Below, piece after piece: positions 30,068 to 41,777 of a stretch of 64,000 bases of DNA. The stretch comes from Candidatus Poribacteria bacterium (lineage in GTDB: Bacteria; Poribacteria; WGA-4E; WGA-3G), in NCBI GenBank assembly GCA_963663765.2, contig CAXXUA010000013.1:448001-512000 (forward strand), in the 5' to 3' direction. The position numbers were made by a program, and so were the translations under genes. The notes under the pieces were generated by a model. That model did no database searches, was not told the origin of the DNA, and saw nothing but the letters and a program-made list of their open reading frames with translations. Within the stretch, counting starts at the first letter, position 1, and every line of letters begins with the position of its first letter.

Positions 30068-32323
30068 ATGAGATTTGTAAAATACACTATATTGACAATC
30101 ATACTTTTAGTTTCATCTGTTTTTCTACAAAGTACTTCTGCTCAAGATTATACAAGATGGTCATTACCACAAGGCGCAAAACTACGCATCGGAAAGGGAC
30201 AAATAGAAGATGTAATGTATTCAACTGATGGAAATCATTTAGTTGTTGATACTTCCATCGGATTTTGGATTTATGATGCACATACAGGTCAGGAACTTGA
30301 TTTTATCTTTGAAGATTCTAAGGAAATATTAGGTTTCTATAAAAACTTGAGCCAATACGTTCAAATAGACTCAGAAGAAGAACTCACTGTACGAAACTAT
30401 CCCAGTAGAGACGTCAGATTATCACTGAAAATGTCTACTGAGAATACTCGACATGTGGTGTTCAGTCCTGATGGAAACATACTTACAGTTACCGATAATG
30501 ATAAGATATTAATCTGGAATCTTTCAGATGGAGAACTTATAGACACTCTTGTTGGACACACAAGTTGGATCAGTCATATCGTTTTCAGTCCTGATGGGAA
30601 GACACTCGTAAGTAGTAGTTCGGACGATACTGTGAAATTATGGGACATCTCTTCAACTACCAATAAAACGACCTATACAGAACTTGCTATTAGTGCCTCT
30701 GAAATTATCTTTGGACCTGATGGGAAGACACTAATTAGTATTAGTTTTAACGGTGATAGAGGAACCACTTGGGATGTTGAGACAGGTATAGAGAAAACAA
30801 CTTTCACTTTTACCAATCCCAATAGTCTTGCATTAAGTCCTGATAGAAAAACCCTGGTAATAGGGGGAAGTGACGAAATGCATTTATGGGATATTGTCAA
30901 CAACAAACATATCACTCAACTTAGTGGACATATAAGATATGTAGATGCTGTCGCTTTTAGTCCAGATGGAAGATCACTCGCAAGTGGAGGTACTGATGAA
31001 TTGTTTATTTGGGATGTTGATACAGGTGCACGCATCATGTCTATCGGTGGACATGCACCTGCGTTTTCTTCAATGGCAATCAGTCCAAACGAAAACATCA
31101 TTGCAACTTCCTCCTATGAAAAAATGAATCTGTGGGACACAAAAACAGGTAAATCTGTCAATTCTATTCATGCTGGATTTTGGTCACATCCTACTAATTT
31201 GGCATTCAGTCCAGATGGGTACACACTCGCTTGCATTGAAGGGTTAAAATTAATTCTTTGGGACGTTCAAAAAATAGTACCAATAACCACAGTATATAAG
31301 TGGGGTGAGAGTTCCAAAAGGAATACATCTTCTAAGGGATATAATTCATTAGCGTTCAGTCCAAACGGGGAACTACTCGCCGCAGCAAGTAATGATAATA
31401 CAGTACACCTCTGGTATAAAGGACGTACCTACATAGGCAATCTCTCAGGACATAGAGGAGAAGTTACTTCAATTACTTTCAGTAACGATGGAAACATCCT
31501 TGCTAGCGGAAGTGCGGACACAACAATACGGCTGTGGGATGTTCAAACGCTATCCGAAATAAAAACATTCACTGGATATACAAGTGACATTTTGACTGTC
31601 GCAGTCAATCCAGATAACAGTCTGGTCGCATGCGGCGGTGAAGATGAAACGATAATGATTTGGAATATTGCTACTGAAGATACAACAGTCATCTATTCAG
31701 GACATCCTAATGGCACGAATAAATTACATTTCAGTTCCGATGGTAAATCATTAGTCAGTTGCGATTCACTATGGTATGACTCAAGTATTAAACTTTGGGA
31801 TGTATCCACTGGTGACCTGATTACAACTCTTATAGGTCATACATCCGGGATAACCAATCTTGATTTTACATCAGATGGTAAAACACTTGTTACATCAAGT
31901 AGGGATGGATCAGTTCTACTTTGGGATTTCACACCGTATCTGTTTACAAATGGAGAACGAAATCAAACCACAAAAGATATTGATACTGACAAAATTGTTG
32001 ACCCTCAAATACTAAATGCGTTGACACCTAAAAAGACAGCACTCCTCAAAAACTATCCAAACCCGTTCAATCCTGAAACATGGATACCTTACCAATTATC
32101 ACAATCCGAAAATGTAAGAATAAAGATCTTTTCATCAAATGGTCAATTAATCCGATCTTTAGACTTAGGCAACAAACCTGCAGGGATATACCAAAATCAT
32201 AGTAGAGCCGCACATTGGGATGGAAAAAATGAACTCGGAGAACGGGTGGCAAGTGGAATCTATTTCTATACCTTGTCTGCAGGAAACTATATAGCTACGC
32301 AGCGAATGGTAATAAGAAAATAG
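30068..32323 (+). CDS. Secreted WD40 protein with FlgD-Ig/T9SS-like C-terminal domain
   Basis: FSPDG/WD repeats; NYPNPFNPETWIPY. Confidence 0.92.
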   Translation: MRFVKYTILTIILLVSSVFLQSTSAQDYTRWSLPQGAKLRIGKGQIEDVMYSTDGNHLVVDTSIGFWIYDAHTGQELDFIFEDSKEILGFYKNLSQYVQIDSEEELTVRNYPSRDVRLSLKMSTENTRHVVFSPDGNILTVTDNDKILIWNLSDGELIDTLVGHTSWISHIVFSPDGKTLVSSSSDDTVKLWDISSTTNKTTYTELAISASEIIFGPDGKTLISISFNGDRGTTWDVETGIEKTTFTFTNPNSLALSPDRKTLVIGGSDEMHLWDIVNNKHITQLSGHIRYVDAVAFSPDGRSLASGGTDELFIWDVDTGARIMSIGGHAPAFSSMAISPNENIIATSSYEKMNLWDTKTGKSVNSIHAGFWSHPTNLAFSPDGYTLACIEGLKLILWDVQKIVPITTVYKWGESSKRNTSSKGYNSLAFSPNGELLAAASNDNTVHLWYKGRTYIGNLSGHRGEVTSITFSNDGNILASGSADTTIRLWDVQTLSEIKTFTGYTSDILTVAVNPDNSLVACGGEDETIMIWNIATEDTTVIYSGHPNGTNKLHFSSDGKSLVSCDSLWYDSSIKLWDVSTGDLITTLIGHTSGITNLDFTSDGKTLVTSSRDGSVLLWDFTPYLFTNGERNQTTKDIDTDKIVDPQILNALTPKKTALLKNYPNPFNPETWIPYQLSQSENVRIKIFSSNGQLIRSLDLGNKPAGIYQNHSRAAHWDGKNELGERVASGIYFYTLSAGNYIATQRMVIRK

Positions 32324-32331
32324 GAGACATT

Positions 32332-34902
32332 ATGAGTAATAAAATACGTAACATGCTTTTAATCTTGTTTTTGTTCTCAATCTTATATCAACCTTATGCA
32401 TATACTGAAGATTATACAAGGTGGGGATTGCCTAAAGGTGCAAAAATGCGGATCGGAAAAGGGGAAATATATGCAAATATAGTATTCTCACCAGATAGTT
32501 CACGACTCGCTGTTTCAAGCTCAATCGGAATTTGGATTTACGATGTAAACACAGCAACGGAAATTGCACTACTTGATATACACGACAGTTTTCCAACAAG
32601 TGTCGCCTTCAGTCCTGATGGACAAACAATCGCTTGTAGTAGTGCCAACAATTTTTATATCTGGGACGTAGAAACTGGTGATCTCAAACATAAAGTTCCT
32701 GGAGATTCAATATTCATCACAAATTTAGCTTTTAGTCCTGATGGAGGCACACTTGCAACTGGCGGAAGAACAGAAGATCAGATCATGTTATGGGATGCAA
32801 ACAGCGCTACATTGATAGATACATTCAAAGATCATAGCACTGAAATTGACTTCATAGCATTTAATCCAGATGGAAAGACACTCGCAAGTGTTAGTGACCT
32901 TGAAGATGATAGGATAGACGTTTGGAATGTCAATACAGGAGAAATTCAAAACACGATAAACACAGTCAATGATATTGAATTTAATAAAATAGTATACAGT
33001 CCCAATGGCAACACAATTCTAAGTTATGATAATTGGCATGATGATAAAATACACGTGTGGAATGTGGATACAGGTACATACAACGGTGCACTTATTGGTC
33101 ACACAGAGAAAATAAAAACCGTCGTATTCAGTCACGATGGAAAAACCCTCGCAAGTGGGGGTGAAGATGATACTATCATTCTCTGGGATGCTGCTACTTG
33201 GAGCTATAAAAAAACGCTTATTGCACATACGAATTACGTTGTAAGTATCGCATTTAGTCCAGATGGGAAAACAATGGCAAGTGGTAGTCGGGATGGTACT
33301 ATCATCTTCTGGGATACAGACAGTTTTCTGCAGATTGGAAAAATAACTGGACACAATTATGGATTCAGAAGCATTGCTTTCAATCCAAGTGGAGATAAAA
33401 TTGTAACCGGCAGCCGTGACACCACCGTCCGAGTTTGGAATACAAATACTGGTGAAAACACAATTACCTTCTTAGGACATATCGCAGACATTCAAACGGT
33501 GGCGTTCAGTCCTGATGGAATAACAATCGCAAGTGGTGCTGGTTCTTCCGTGAATAACGGATGGTTCGCGGATGACTACACTGTGCGACTATGGGATGTT
33601 ACAACACAGACTCAAAAGGCAGTCTTACTTGGTCACCACGGTACTGTCTATCACATAACTTTCAGCCCTGATGGAAGTATGGTCGCAAGTTGTGGAAGTG
33701 AAGGAAAGGCAATCTTTTGGGATACCGAAACAGGGCATCCAATATGGACTATCAATGGGGATAGAGGTGAACTAAAAAAACAAAATGAAAAAAGAAAAAG
33801 TATTGGTGGGTTAACTTTTAGTCCTGATGGACAAAAAGTTGCAAATGGAAATTTTGATGGAATATATGTTTGGGATTTCGCAAGCAGACAACAGATAGGA
33901 ACATACACAGGTTTGACAATAGCAGATCCATGGAGTGTGTTTAGTCCTAACGGTAATACACTTGCTGCTATCTTGGAGGATAACGACGTGCGTCTGTGGA
34001 ATATACCTACAAGTGAGAAAAAACAGAACTTACTCCCAAACGCAACTAACTTCGTCAGTTTTGGAAACAACCCAGAAGAATACTCTCCAATTACTACCGG
34101 TTATTGGGATAACGATAAAATTAAGTTTATGGCCCCCTTCAAAGGTGGTGCCGCAATCACACTACAAGTAAAACAGGATGAAGTTGATGTGATCGCATTT
34201 AGTCCTGATGGTAAAACCCTCGCCACAGCAAGCTTCGGTGGAACAATTCTTTTATGGGACGTTAGCTCCATTTCCGATCCATCTCACCAAATTGCAGACT
34301 TAAACAACGATGGTAGAGAAGGTATACATGATCTGATGGTAATCGCAAATAATTTTGGAAAAACTGGCTTTAATACCACAGATGTAAACAACGACGGTAT
34401 AGTCAATATTGAAGACTTGATTAGAGCAATTGGTACGTTTAGAAATCCTGATGCAGTACTTAACGCTGTGCGTCAAGGCAAGGACATTGCACCCACAAGA
34501 GAAACTGCAAAAACTTGGTTGGCAGAAGCACTACATTTGGAAAAAACGGATTACATATCTCTAATAGGTGTTCAATTCCTCAAAGATCTTATCGTTGCAT
34601 TATATCCATTGCAAACTGCTTTGCTGCCGAACTATCCCAACCCCTTCAATCCAGAAACGTGGATTCCATATCAACTGGCAAGATCTGAAGACATAGCTAT
34701 CAAAATCTATTCCGCTGATGGACGTTTGATTAGAACTTTAGATATTGGACATAAACCCGTTGGACTCTACTTAGAACAAGAAAAGGCTGCGTATTGGGAC
34801 GGTGAAAACGAATTAGGTGAAACGGTCGCAAGTGGCGTATATTTTTACACGCTCACAGCAGGAAAATTCACCGCAACTCGCAAAATGTTAATACGAAAAT
34901 AA
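32332..34902 (+). CDS. Secreted WD40 protein with dockerin-like and FlgD-Ig/T9SS-like domains
   Basis: WD repeats; DVNNDGIVNIEDL; NYPNPFNPETW. Confidence 0.92.
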   Translation: MSNKIRNMLLILFLFSILYQPYAYTEDYTRWGLPKGAKMRIGKGEIYANIVFSPDSSRLAVSSSIGIWIYDVNTATEIALLDIHDSFPTSVAFSPDGQTIACSSANNFYIWDVETGDLKHKVPGDSIFITNLAFSPDGGTLATGGRTEDQIMLWDANSATLIDTFKDHSTEIDFIAFNPDGKTLASVSDLEDDRIDVWNVNTGEIQNTINTVNDIEFNKIVYSPNGNTILSYDNWHDDKIHVWNVDTGTYNGALIGHTEKIKTVVFSHDGKTLASGGEDDTIILWDAATWSYKKTLIAHTNYVVSIAFSPDGKTMASGSRDGTIIFWDTDSFLQIGKITGHNYGFRSIAFNPSGDKIVTGSRDTTVRVWNTNTGENTITFLGHIADIQTVAFSPDGITIASGAGSSVNNGWFADDYTVRLWDVTTQTQKAVLLGHHGTVYHITFSPDGSMVASCGSEGKAIFWDTETGHPIWTINGDRGELKKQNEKRKSIGGLTFSPDGQKVANGNFDGIYVWDFASRQQIGTYTGLTIADPWSVFSPNGNTLAAILEDNDVRLWNIPTSEKKQNLLPNATNFVSFGNNPEEYSPITTGYWDNDKIKFMAPFKGGAAITLQVKQDEVDVIAFSPDGKTLATASFGGTILLWDVSSISDPSHQIADLNNDGREGIHDLMVIANNFGKTGFNTTDVNNDGIVNIEDLIRAIGTFRNPDAVLNAVRQGKDIAPTRETAKTWLAEALHLEKTDYISLIGVQFLKDLIVALYPLQTALLPNYPNPFNPETWIPYQLARSEDIAIKIYSADGRLIRTLDIGHKPVGLYLEQEKAAYWDGENELGETVASGVYFYTLTAGKFTATRKMLIRK

Positions 34903-35534
34903 GCAGTACTTTATATATAAAGATTTACCGAAATCTAATGTAAATCTATTGGATATATATTGTTCAACACCATTGCTGAATTACTAAAATACCGCTCATG
35001 GCATGTTATAATAGACATTATAATGTCCAATGAACACATTTCTCTCTCAAAGAAAATATAACTAACAAGTCAAAAATCAAAAACAAAAAATTACAACAAA
35101 AAAACGATAAAAATCCATTTAGTTGTTTTTTTTCAAAATTTCGCAAACCAACATAAACCTATACCACGACACGATCGACAACACTTATGAAAAAAACCCA
35201 AAAAACCCCAAAAAAACAACTATAAAATTCCACCATTTGGACAAGGATCACAACCAACGACATTCCATGCTTACAAAAGAAGGAAAAATCGGAGTTGAAA
35301 ATTCCTGCTACAAGAACTTTTCACACAGTAGAAACGTTAGATAGAATTACCGACTCAATTTATTATTCTTCATCAAAAATAAACAACAATGAAAAATCAC
35401 AAATATACAAATTAAAAACTTATCGTCAAAAAAAATCAAGAAATTACTGACAAAATATCCAAATTGCACCCTTTCAGCAACAATTAGAAATCTAACATTT
35501 GAACGCATTCAATTCCATAAAGGCTCAAAACCTC

Positions 35535-37602
35535 ATGAGTAAAAGCTTATTTTCAATTCTCTCAATTCTATTTCTCCTTTCAATACAACATTTTCAGATA
35601 ACATTTGCCCAAGATTCACCGCAATTCAGTTTGCCTGAAGGTGCTACAGCACGTTTGGGAAAAGGTTCGGTCAGACAAGTACTATACTCCCCCGATGGAA
35701 AACATCTTGCTGTTGCAAGTACCATCGGTATTTGGATATATGACGTTGAAACATACAAAGAGATCGCACTATTAGCAGGTCATACAAAGAGTATAACTTG
35801 TATAGCATTCAGTCCTGATGGAAATAAACTCGCAAGCGGGTCGAGGGACATTACAATACAACTATGGGATATGGCAACATACAAACATAAGCAGACCCTC
35901 ACAGGACATTTACACGGTATCAATAGTTTAGCATTCAGTCCTGATGGAAATATACTCGCAAGCGGAAGTACGGGTGAACGTGATGGAGAACAAATCTTTG
36001 GTGCTAAAATCCGATTATGGGATACGCCATCAGGGAAACACATGCACACGCTCGCTGCACAAGGACAAGTCGATTCTCTGGCATTCAGTCCTGATGGAAA
36101 AACAATCGCAAGTGGTGAGGGATGGCCTAAGTACGCAACCCGTATTTACGATGTAGATACGGGTATTGAGTTGAATTCAATTGCCGAACATTCCGATTGG
36201 ATAAATAGTGTCACATTTGGACAGGAAAAAAATACATTATTGAGTTCCAGTTATGATGGAAGTATCCGTATTTGGGATTATAAATCAACAAAACAGACGC
36301 GCGTTATTAGTGATACCCAATTAACGTGAGTCGTCTTGCTAAGTGTGCGGTTAGGAAACCGCACCTACCGTTGAAAAAAGATAAATTACGTTAATTTGGT
36401 ATGAGACAGTAAGGGCAATTATTGCAGCTACATATAATCCTGATGGCAACCTGATTGTAACTGGAAATTATTCTGGTATTTTTATTCTTGATGCTACTAC
36501 TGGTAAAGTTAAAAACACACTTGATACAGAAACTGTTGTAAGTCTTACTTTTAGTCCTGATGGAAAAACACTCACAAGTGCGCATCATGGCTGGAAGCAC
36601 ATAATTGTGTGGGATATTGATACTTGGAAAGAGAAACGCTCACTCACAGGTTTCACTCATCCAACTTATGACATCACATTTAGTCCTGATAACAACATAC
36701 TTGCAAGTGGAGGATTGGATCCATATATCTATCTTTGGGATGTTAATACTGCAGAAAAAACTAATCAACTCATTGGAAGTAAAGATAACGTTGGTTGTAT
36801 TGAATTCAGTTCAGATGGTCGTTCGCTTGTAAGCGGAAGTAATCATTCTACTGTTAACGAAAGTTATGCTACTGTTATTAAATGGGACGCAGTCACATAC
36901 ACGAAAAACCTTATATTATCTACAAAAAACAAGATTACTACTCCTTTAGTCTTAGTAAAAATAAGTCCTGATATGAGTAATTTCGCATGTGTGAGTTTAG
37001 AAGTAGTGCAAATGTGGGATATTCAGAACAGAAATCTCAAATATACGCTCCAACCTTATGCTGGGAATTTCTTAAGTATCGCATGGAGTCCAGATGGAAA
37101 GATCTTCGCAACAGGATCCAAAGGAGTACATATCGGAGAGGATCAGTCTGTCCGTTATAAAGGAATCAGTCTGTGGGATGTGGAAACAGGTGAACAACAT
37201 AAAGTGTTTGAAGCAGAGATAGGACCAGTTAGTAGTTTAGCTTTCAGTCCGGATGGGAAAACGCTTGCAAGTGACGGATTAGGAACAGACTACGCTGTCC
37301 TTTTGTGGGACGTGTCTACAGGGGAAGCAAAATTTATCTTAAAAGGACATACATTGATTATTATGTGTGTAGCGTTTAGTCCTAACGGTAATATACTTGC
37401 AAGTGGTAGTGCTGACAATACTATCCGTCTATGGAATGTTACAACAGGTAAACATATAAGGACATTAAACGGACATACAGAAGCAATAAAGAACATTACC
37501 TTTAGCTCAGACGGCAAAAAATTAGCCAGCTGTAGTTATGATGGAACGATATATTTATGGAACGTAGGTTCTTCCGAAAATTCTATTGATACTGCAAAAT
37601 AG
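35535..37602 (+). pseudogene. WD40 protein gene split by a MITE
   Basis: Removing 36314..36401 plus one TGA joins ...RVISETVRAIIAATYNPDG... in frame with the 36607 ORF. Confidence 0.85.
36314..36401. mobile_element. MITE family B, 88 bp (TACC.AATTAACG...CGTTAATTTGGTA), TGA duplication, internal REP hairpin
   Basis: TGA at 36311-36313 and 36402-36404; internal gcggttaggaaaccgcacctac. Confidence 0.88.
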
Positions 37603-37611
37603 TCAAGTTAC

Positions 37612-38310
37612 CTATAACAACGCATCTACCAATCCCGTAAAATCACGCACTGTTACATCCGGTTGATATGACGTATCTTCATAAGGAAGGTTATATCGGT
37701 TAACAAACGCACCTCTAAACCCACAACCACGCGCACCCATAACGTCAAATGAATTCGCAGATACCATCAGGCATTCCCTAACTTCAAGTCCTAATTTGCC
37801 TGCTGCCCCACGATAGACTACTGGATGCGGTTTAAACGCCCCAAAATTAGTAACAGAAATTACATCGTCAAAATCCCACATTACACGATCTTTGACAAGA
37901 TAATCCAAAAAATCAGGATCGCCGTTAGATAACACCACTAATTTAAACTGCGATTGTAAACGAGCCAGCGCAGGTAAAACCTCCGGAAAGGCAGAGAGAT
38001 ACCGCCAACCATGCATAAACTCATCTACTGTATCAGATGTAGTATGGATACCGTTCTGTCTGAGTGTGTAATTTAACGCACGACGCACCGTTTCCAAATA
38101 ACCACTATGACCAAGCATCATCATCGTGTCCTGATACTGCTCAATACGTTGTCGGTAACGCCACTGTTCCCAAAAGTCATCAGCAGTTACACTGTCAACA
38201 TTGCGAACATCTAACGATTGCCGGATGTAAGGTACAAGACTACTACCTAAATCTAATACTGTACCAAATAGGTCAAAGGTAAGTACTTTCGTTTCAACAT
38301 AATCTGTCAT
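37612..38310 (-). CDS. Haloacid dehalogenase type II (HAD family)
   Basis: FDLFGT, LSNG, KPHP and SANSFD motifs. Confidence 0.9.
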   Translation of the reverse strand: MTDYVETKVLTFDLFGTVLDLGSSLVPYIRQSLDVRNVDSVTADDFWEQWRYRQRIEQYQDTMMMLGHSGYLETVRRALNYTLRQNGIHTTSDTVDEFMHGWRYLSAFPEVLPALARLQSQFKLVVLSNGDPDFLDYLVKDRVMWDFDDVISVTNFGAFKPHPVVYRGAAGKLGLEVRECLMVSANSFDVMGARGCGFRGAFVNRYNLPYEDTSYQPDVTVRDFTGLVDALL

Positions 38311-38414
38311 GATATTTCCTTAGGGCCAATTGGAAGAACCCATATTATTCTCGATTCCTCTAATGGATAAAGAAATTAGGAAAGTCCATAAATCTGTGTC
38401 TATAGTCATTTGAC

Positions 38415-39440
38415 CTAACCTAATTCAACTGTTTTCCCTGTTGCCATCGCTTCAAATGCAGCATCAATCACACGCATCTGATTGACACAACTTTCCGGTG
38501 AGATACGGTGCGGTTTCCCAGTTGCTAAACATTCACACATATGCTCCAACTGCAACGCAAACTGAAAACACGGTTCAAAATCAATTACTTGATGACCATC
38601 GCGGTTCTGCAAAACGATATTCACAGCGGAGTTCTCATTGTTCCATGCCCTATCAATACGCATCATACCCCCTAAGCCAGCCATTTCAGCGTATTGACCA
38701 CCAGCACAATTAAAGCCGGTAGAAATCTGTGCAGTCCGTTCATCTGAGAATACCAATAGCAGATAGGATGCATCGTCCACCTCCATACCTGCTTGAGATG
38801 CACCTGATACGCGAACCGGTTCAGCACCAAACATAAAACGCGCATGATGAATATTGTAACACGCTAAATCGTAGATACTACCGCCACCTTTTGCTTTGTT
38901 AAATCGCCAATTCGCTTCAGGTCGGCGCGTGTCAGGACCTCCACCGCCTCCGCCAGTACAGAATGTACTACGCAACGTCTTGAACTCACCGATCGCACCA
39001 GAATCAACAAGTTCCTTTGCTTTGATGTGCATCGGATGATGACGAAACTTGAAGGCTTCTGCTACAAGGATACCGTTCGCTTGTGCTGCACCAACAAAAG
39101 CCTCCGCTTCAGCAGCTGTTGACGTAAAAGGTTTCTCACACAGAATTGCTTTCACTTGCCGAGATTCGGATATCTTTATGCCAACTTCTGCGTGAAATGC
39201 ACCCCACGTACAGATGACCGCAATATCCAAATCTTCAGATTCCAACATCCCATCTAATGAGAGATAACGATTTTCTGGTTTCACACCAAATCGTTCACCA
39301 AAACCATTTAATGCACCCTCGGACACATCACAGATCGCAGCCAATTCAGCACTTGGTGCTTGTTGGCAAGCATTACCGTGTGCATTCGCAATACCACCAG
39401 TACCAACAAGTCCAACTTGGAAAATTCCATTTTTCGGCAT
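38415..39440 (-). CDS. Gfo/Idh/MocA oxidoreductase
   Basis: G.G.IA, CEKP and GGGSIYD motifs. Confidence 0.92.
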   Translation of the reverse strand: MPKNGIFQVGLVGTGGIANAHGNACQQAPSAELAAICDVSEGALNGFGERFGVKPENRYLSLDGMLESEDLDIAVICTWGAFHAEVGIKISESRQVKAILCEKPFTSTAAEAEAFVGAAQANGILVAEAFKFRHHPMHIKAKELVDSGAIGEFKTLRSTFCTGGGGGGPDTRRPEANWRFNKAKGGGSIYDLACYNIHHARFMFGAEPVRVSGASQAGMEVDDASYLLLVFSDERTAQISTGFNCAGGQYAEMAGLGGMMRIDRAWNNENSAVNIVLQNRDGHQVIDFEPCFQFALQLEHMCECLATGKPHRISPESCVNQMRVIDAAFEAMATGKTVELG

Positions 39441-39473
39441 AATTGTACCTCTTTCAATAGATTTTATTATAGT

Positions 39474-39595
39474 TCAGGACTTACGCAGTTTTCATGATTT
39501 GATGAAGAATTATGACGAAAATGTTGTAATTTTCAGCATTTTTTCGGTTTCCAGCGCGCTTACAAAGCACGCCTACCGTTGGGTGCGTAAGTCCT
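39474..39595. mobile_element. MITE family A, inverted copy of 11624..11734
   Basis: Reverse-complement match with a short internal insertion. Confidence 0.88.
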
Positions 39596-39605
39596 ATAGT
39601 TTTTC

Positions 39606-40331
39606 TCAGACATAACCGTTATCTGCAATAGCTTCACCTAAAAAATCAAACGGTAGTTCACTAGGTTCATCAACACGTCTCCAACGGTTGACCGCTTCTG
39701 GACGCACAACTATCCGTCCTAAAGGAATACATAAATATTCTTCAAGACGTTTGAGTGTTTCCTCCTGTTTCAGAACAAAATCCTCAAAACGCACCTGTAA
39801 AATGTGTTTCGGTTTCGGGGTTGCTTTCATCAACTGATATTGATAGTACCATGAAATTGCGCGTCTTTCAAAAACATCATCAGTCTGCAGATAGTCTATT
39901 CCAAAATCACGTAGATTATCTGTTTTATGGCTACCGAGAATACAATCCCTTGGATCACGAATCCAATGAATAAAACGGATCTCTGGAAACATACGCACTA
40001 TCCACGGATACACTAAGGTTGTTTCAGGTATTTTCCACCCCTTATTTTCAGATTTATCACCTAAGACATCAGACAAATAATCGTTGATTAACTGCTCAAA
40101 CAATGGGTCAATCGGTAACGTGAACAAAGGTTCAAAATCCCATGATAATCCACCATTCCATTTGACATATTTTGCCATAACTCTGCATGCGTCATACATT
40201 GCATACGGTGGTATTTTATCACCAGATGGATTCAGTTGACTACCCATATATACACCACTTGCGTATAACGTATGTGAGATGGCACGAGTACCAGAATGAC
40301 CACGACCAATCACGGTAATTAAGGTTTCCAT
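39606..40331 (-). CDS. Sulfotransferase family protein
   Basis: GRGHSGT, WKIP, RDPRD.ILG and RFEDF motifs. Confidence 0.85.
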   Translation of the reverse strand: METLITVIGRGHSGTRAISHTLYASGVYMGSQLNPSGDKIPPYAMYDACRVMAKYVKWNGGLSWDFEPLFTLPIDPLFEQLINDYLSDVLGDKSENKGWKIPETTLVYPWIVRMFPEIRFIHWIRDPRDCILGSHKTDNLRDFGIDYLQTDDVFERRAISWYYQYQLMKATPKPKHILQVRFEDFVLKQEETLKRLEEYLCIPLGRIVVRPEAVNRWRRVDEPSELPFDFLGEAIADNGYV

Positions 40332-40535
40332 ATATTTATTAATTGACTAACGGTCAAGAAATTCCTTGCGTATTTTAAGAGAATAATGAATAATAATTTA
40401 AAGTCCATTTCTCAGGAGATTATATTATCTCTGTTGATAATATGATCTCCTTGAAAAATGTGAACTGAATATATTTCTCATTTTAACAAAATTCTTAACT
40501 AAAGAAAAGTTATTTTTTGATTAAAGGAACATTAC

Positions 40536-41693
40536 ATGCAAAAAACTTTACTCTCAATATGTTTAAGTCTAATGATATTTGCGAATATTGGATGTGATAA
40601 CGTAATAAAGGTACTAGATTCCGCTAGAACTGAACCCACTATAAAGATCGGTTTCGTCGTCGCTGGTGAACGCATTTCATATCCCAATGGAGCTGAAATG
40701 GCTGTCACAGAAATCAACGAAAAAGGCGGACTGCTTGGGATGCGTGTTGAATTAATCGGGCATATCAACAATGAAGCAATATTGGATGTCTCAGTGCAAC
40801 TCGCGGAATCGTTGATCCTTGAAGACGGTGTTGTTGCTCTAATAGGACCAAACCGTTCTTCACACGCAGCAGTCGTCGGTCCTATAGCACAGAAGCATCG
40901 GATACCAATGGTCACTACAACCGCAACAAATCCGAATGTGACAAATGCTGGTGATTTTGTATTTATGGCATCCTTCACCGATAGTTTTCAAGGCGCAGTC
41001 ATGGCACAATTCGCAAAGAATGAACTCGGTATCTCAAACGCCGCTCTCATCACACGTAGTGGTGACCTATATACTGAAGGCATATCTGAATTTTTTGAAT
41101 CCAACTTTTTATCACTCGGTGGGAACGTGGTTGCACATGTGTTCTTTGATGGCGGAACTCTTGATTATACACAACACTTGATGCAAATCGCTGACTTACT
41201 ACCTGAGGCACTCTTCACTGCAGGATTTGTTCAAGACATTGCCAGCATCACGCAACAAGCACGTGTTGTGCCATTGCTAAACGCTGTTGGGGCACCGACA
41301 ATCTTCCTCGGTGCAGATTCATGGGACAGCACATTGTTGTTTGACGACGAAAATGCTGAAATTGAAGGCAGCTTCTTTAGTGGACATTTTTCACCTGAAA
41401 CGGATGAACCGAACGCACGTGCTTTTGTTGAAACCTACGAAGCCATCTATGAATCTACGCCAACTGGTGGTGTCGCAGTCAGTTACGATGCTGTCAAATT
41501 GCTAATTGAAGCCATAGAACGTGCTGAAAGTTTGGACCCAGAGATTATACGCGATGAACTTGCTGCTACCAAAAACTATGTCGGAGCAACAAGTATCTCC
41601 AGCTATAACGAAAACCGTCATCCCACCAAAAGTGCAGTTATTTTCACTATCAAAAACGGTGAAAAAAAGTTCTATAAGCAAATTCATCCTTAG
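40536..41693 (+). CDS. LivJ-type ABC substrate-binding lipoprotein
   Basis: Lipobox-like IGC; type I periplasmic binding fold motifs. Confidence 0.88.
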   Translation: MQKTLLSICLSLMIFANIGCDNVIKVLDSARTEPTIKIGFVVAGERISYPNGAEMAVTEINEKGGLLGMRVELIGHINNEAILDVSVQLAESLILEDGVVALIGPNRSSHAAVVGPIAQKHRIPMVTTTATNPNVTNAGDFVFMASFTDSFQGAVMAQFAKNELGISNAALITRSGDLYTEGISEFFESNFLSLGGNVVAHVFFDGGTLDYTQHLMQIADLLPEALFTAGFVQDIASITQQARVVPLLNAVGAPTIFLGADSWDSTLLFDDENAEIEGSFFSGHFSPETDEPNARAFVETYEAIYESTPTGGVAVSYDAVKLLIEAIERAESLDPEIIRDELAATKNYVGATSISSYNENRHPTKSAVIFTIKNGEKKFYKQIHP

Positions 41694-41777
41694 AATTTGC
41701 TCATAGAGGTAGAGTGACAGTATCTAAATATCTACATATTTCTTGACATTCCTTGATATTTATGTGATACTATATAC

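Noticed and set aside
26791-37602. WD40 gene array as a novel system
   Set aside because: Expansion of secreted WD40 proteins is already well known in sponge-symbiont lineages.
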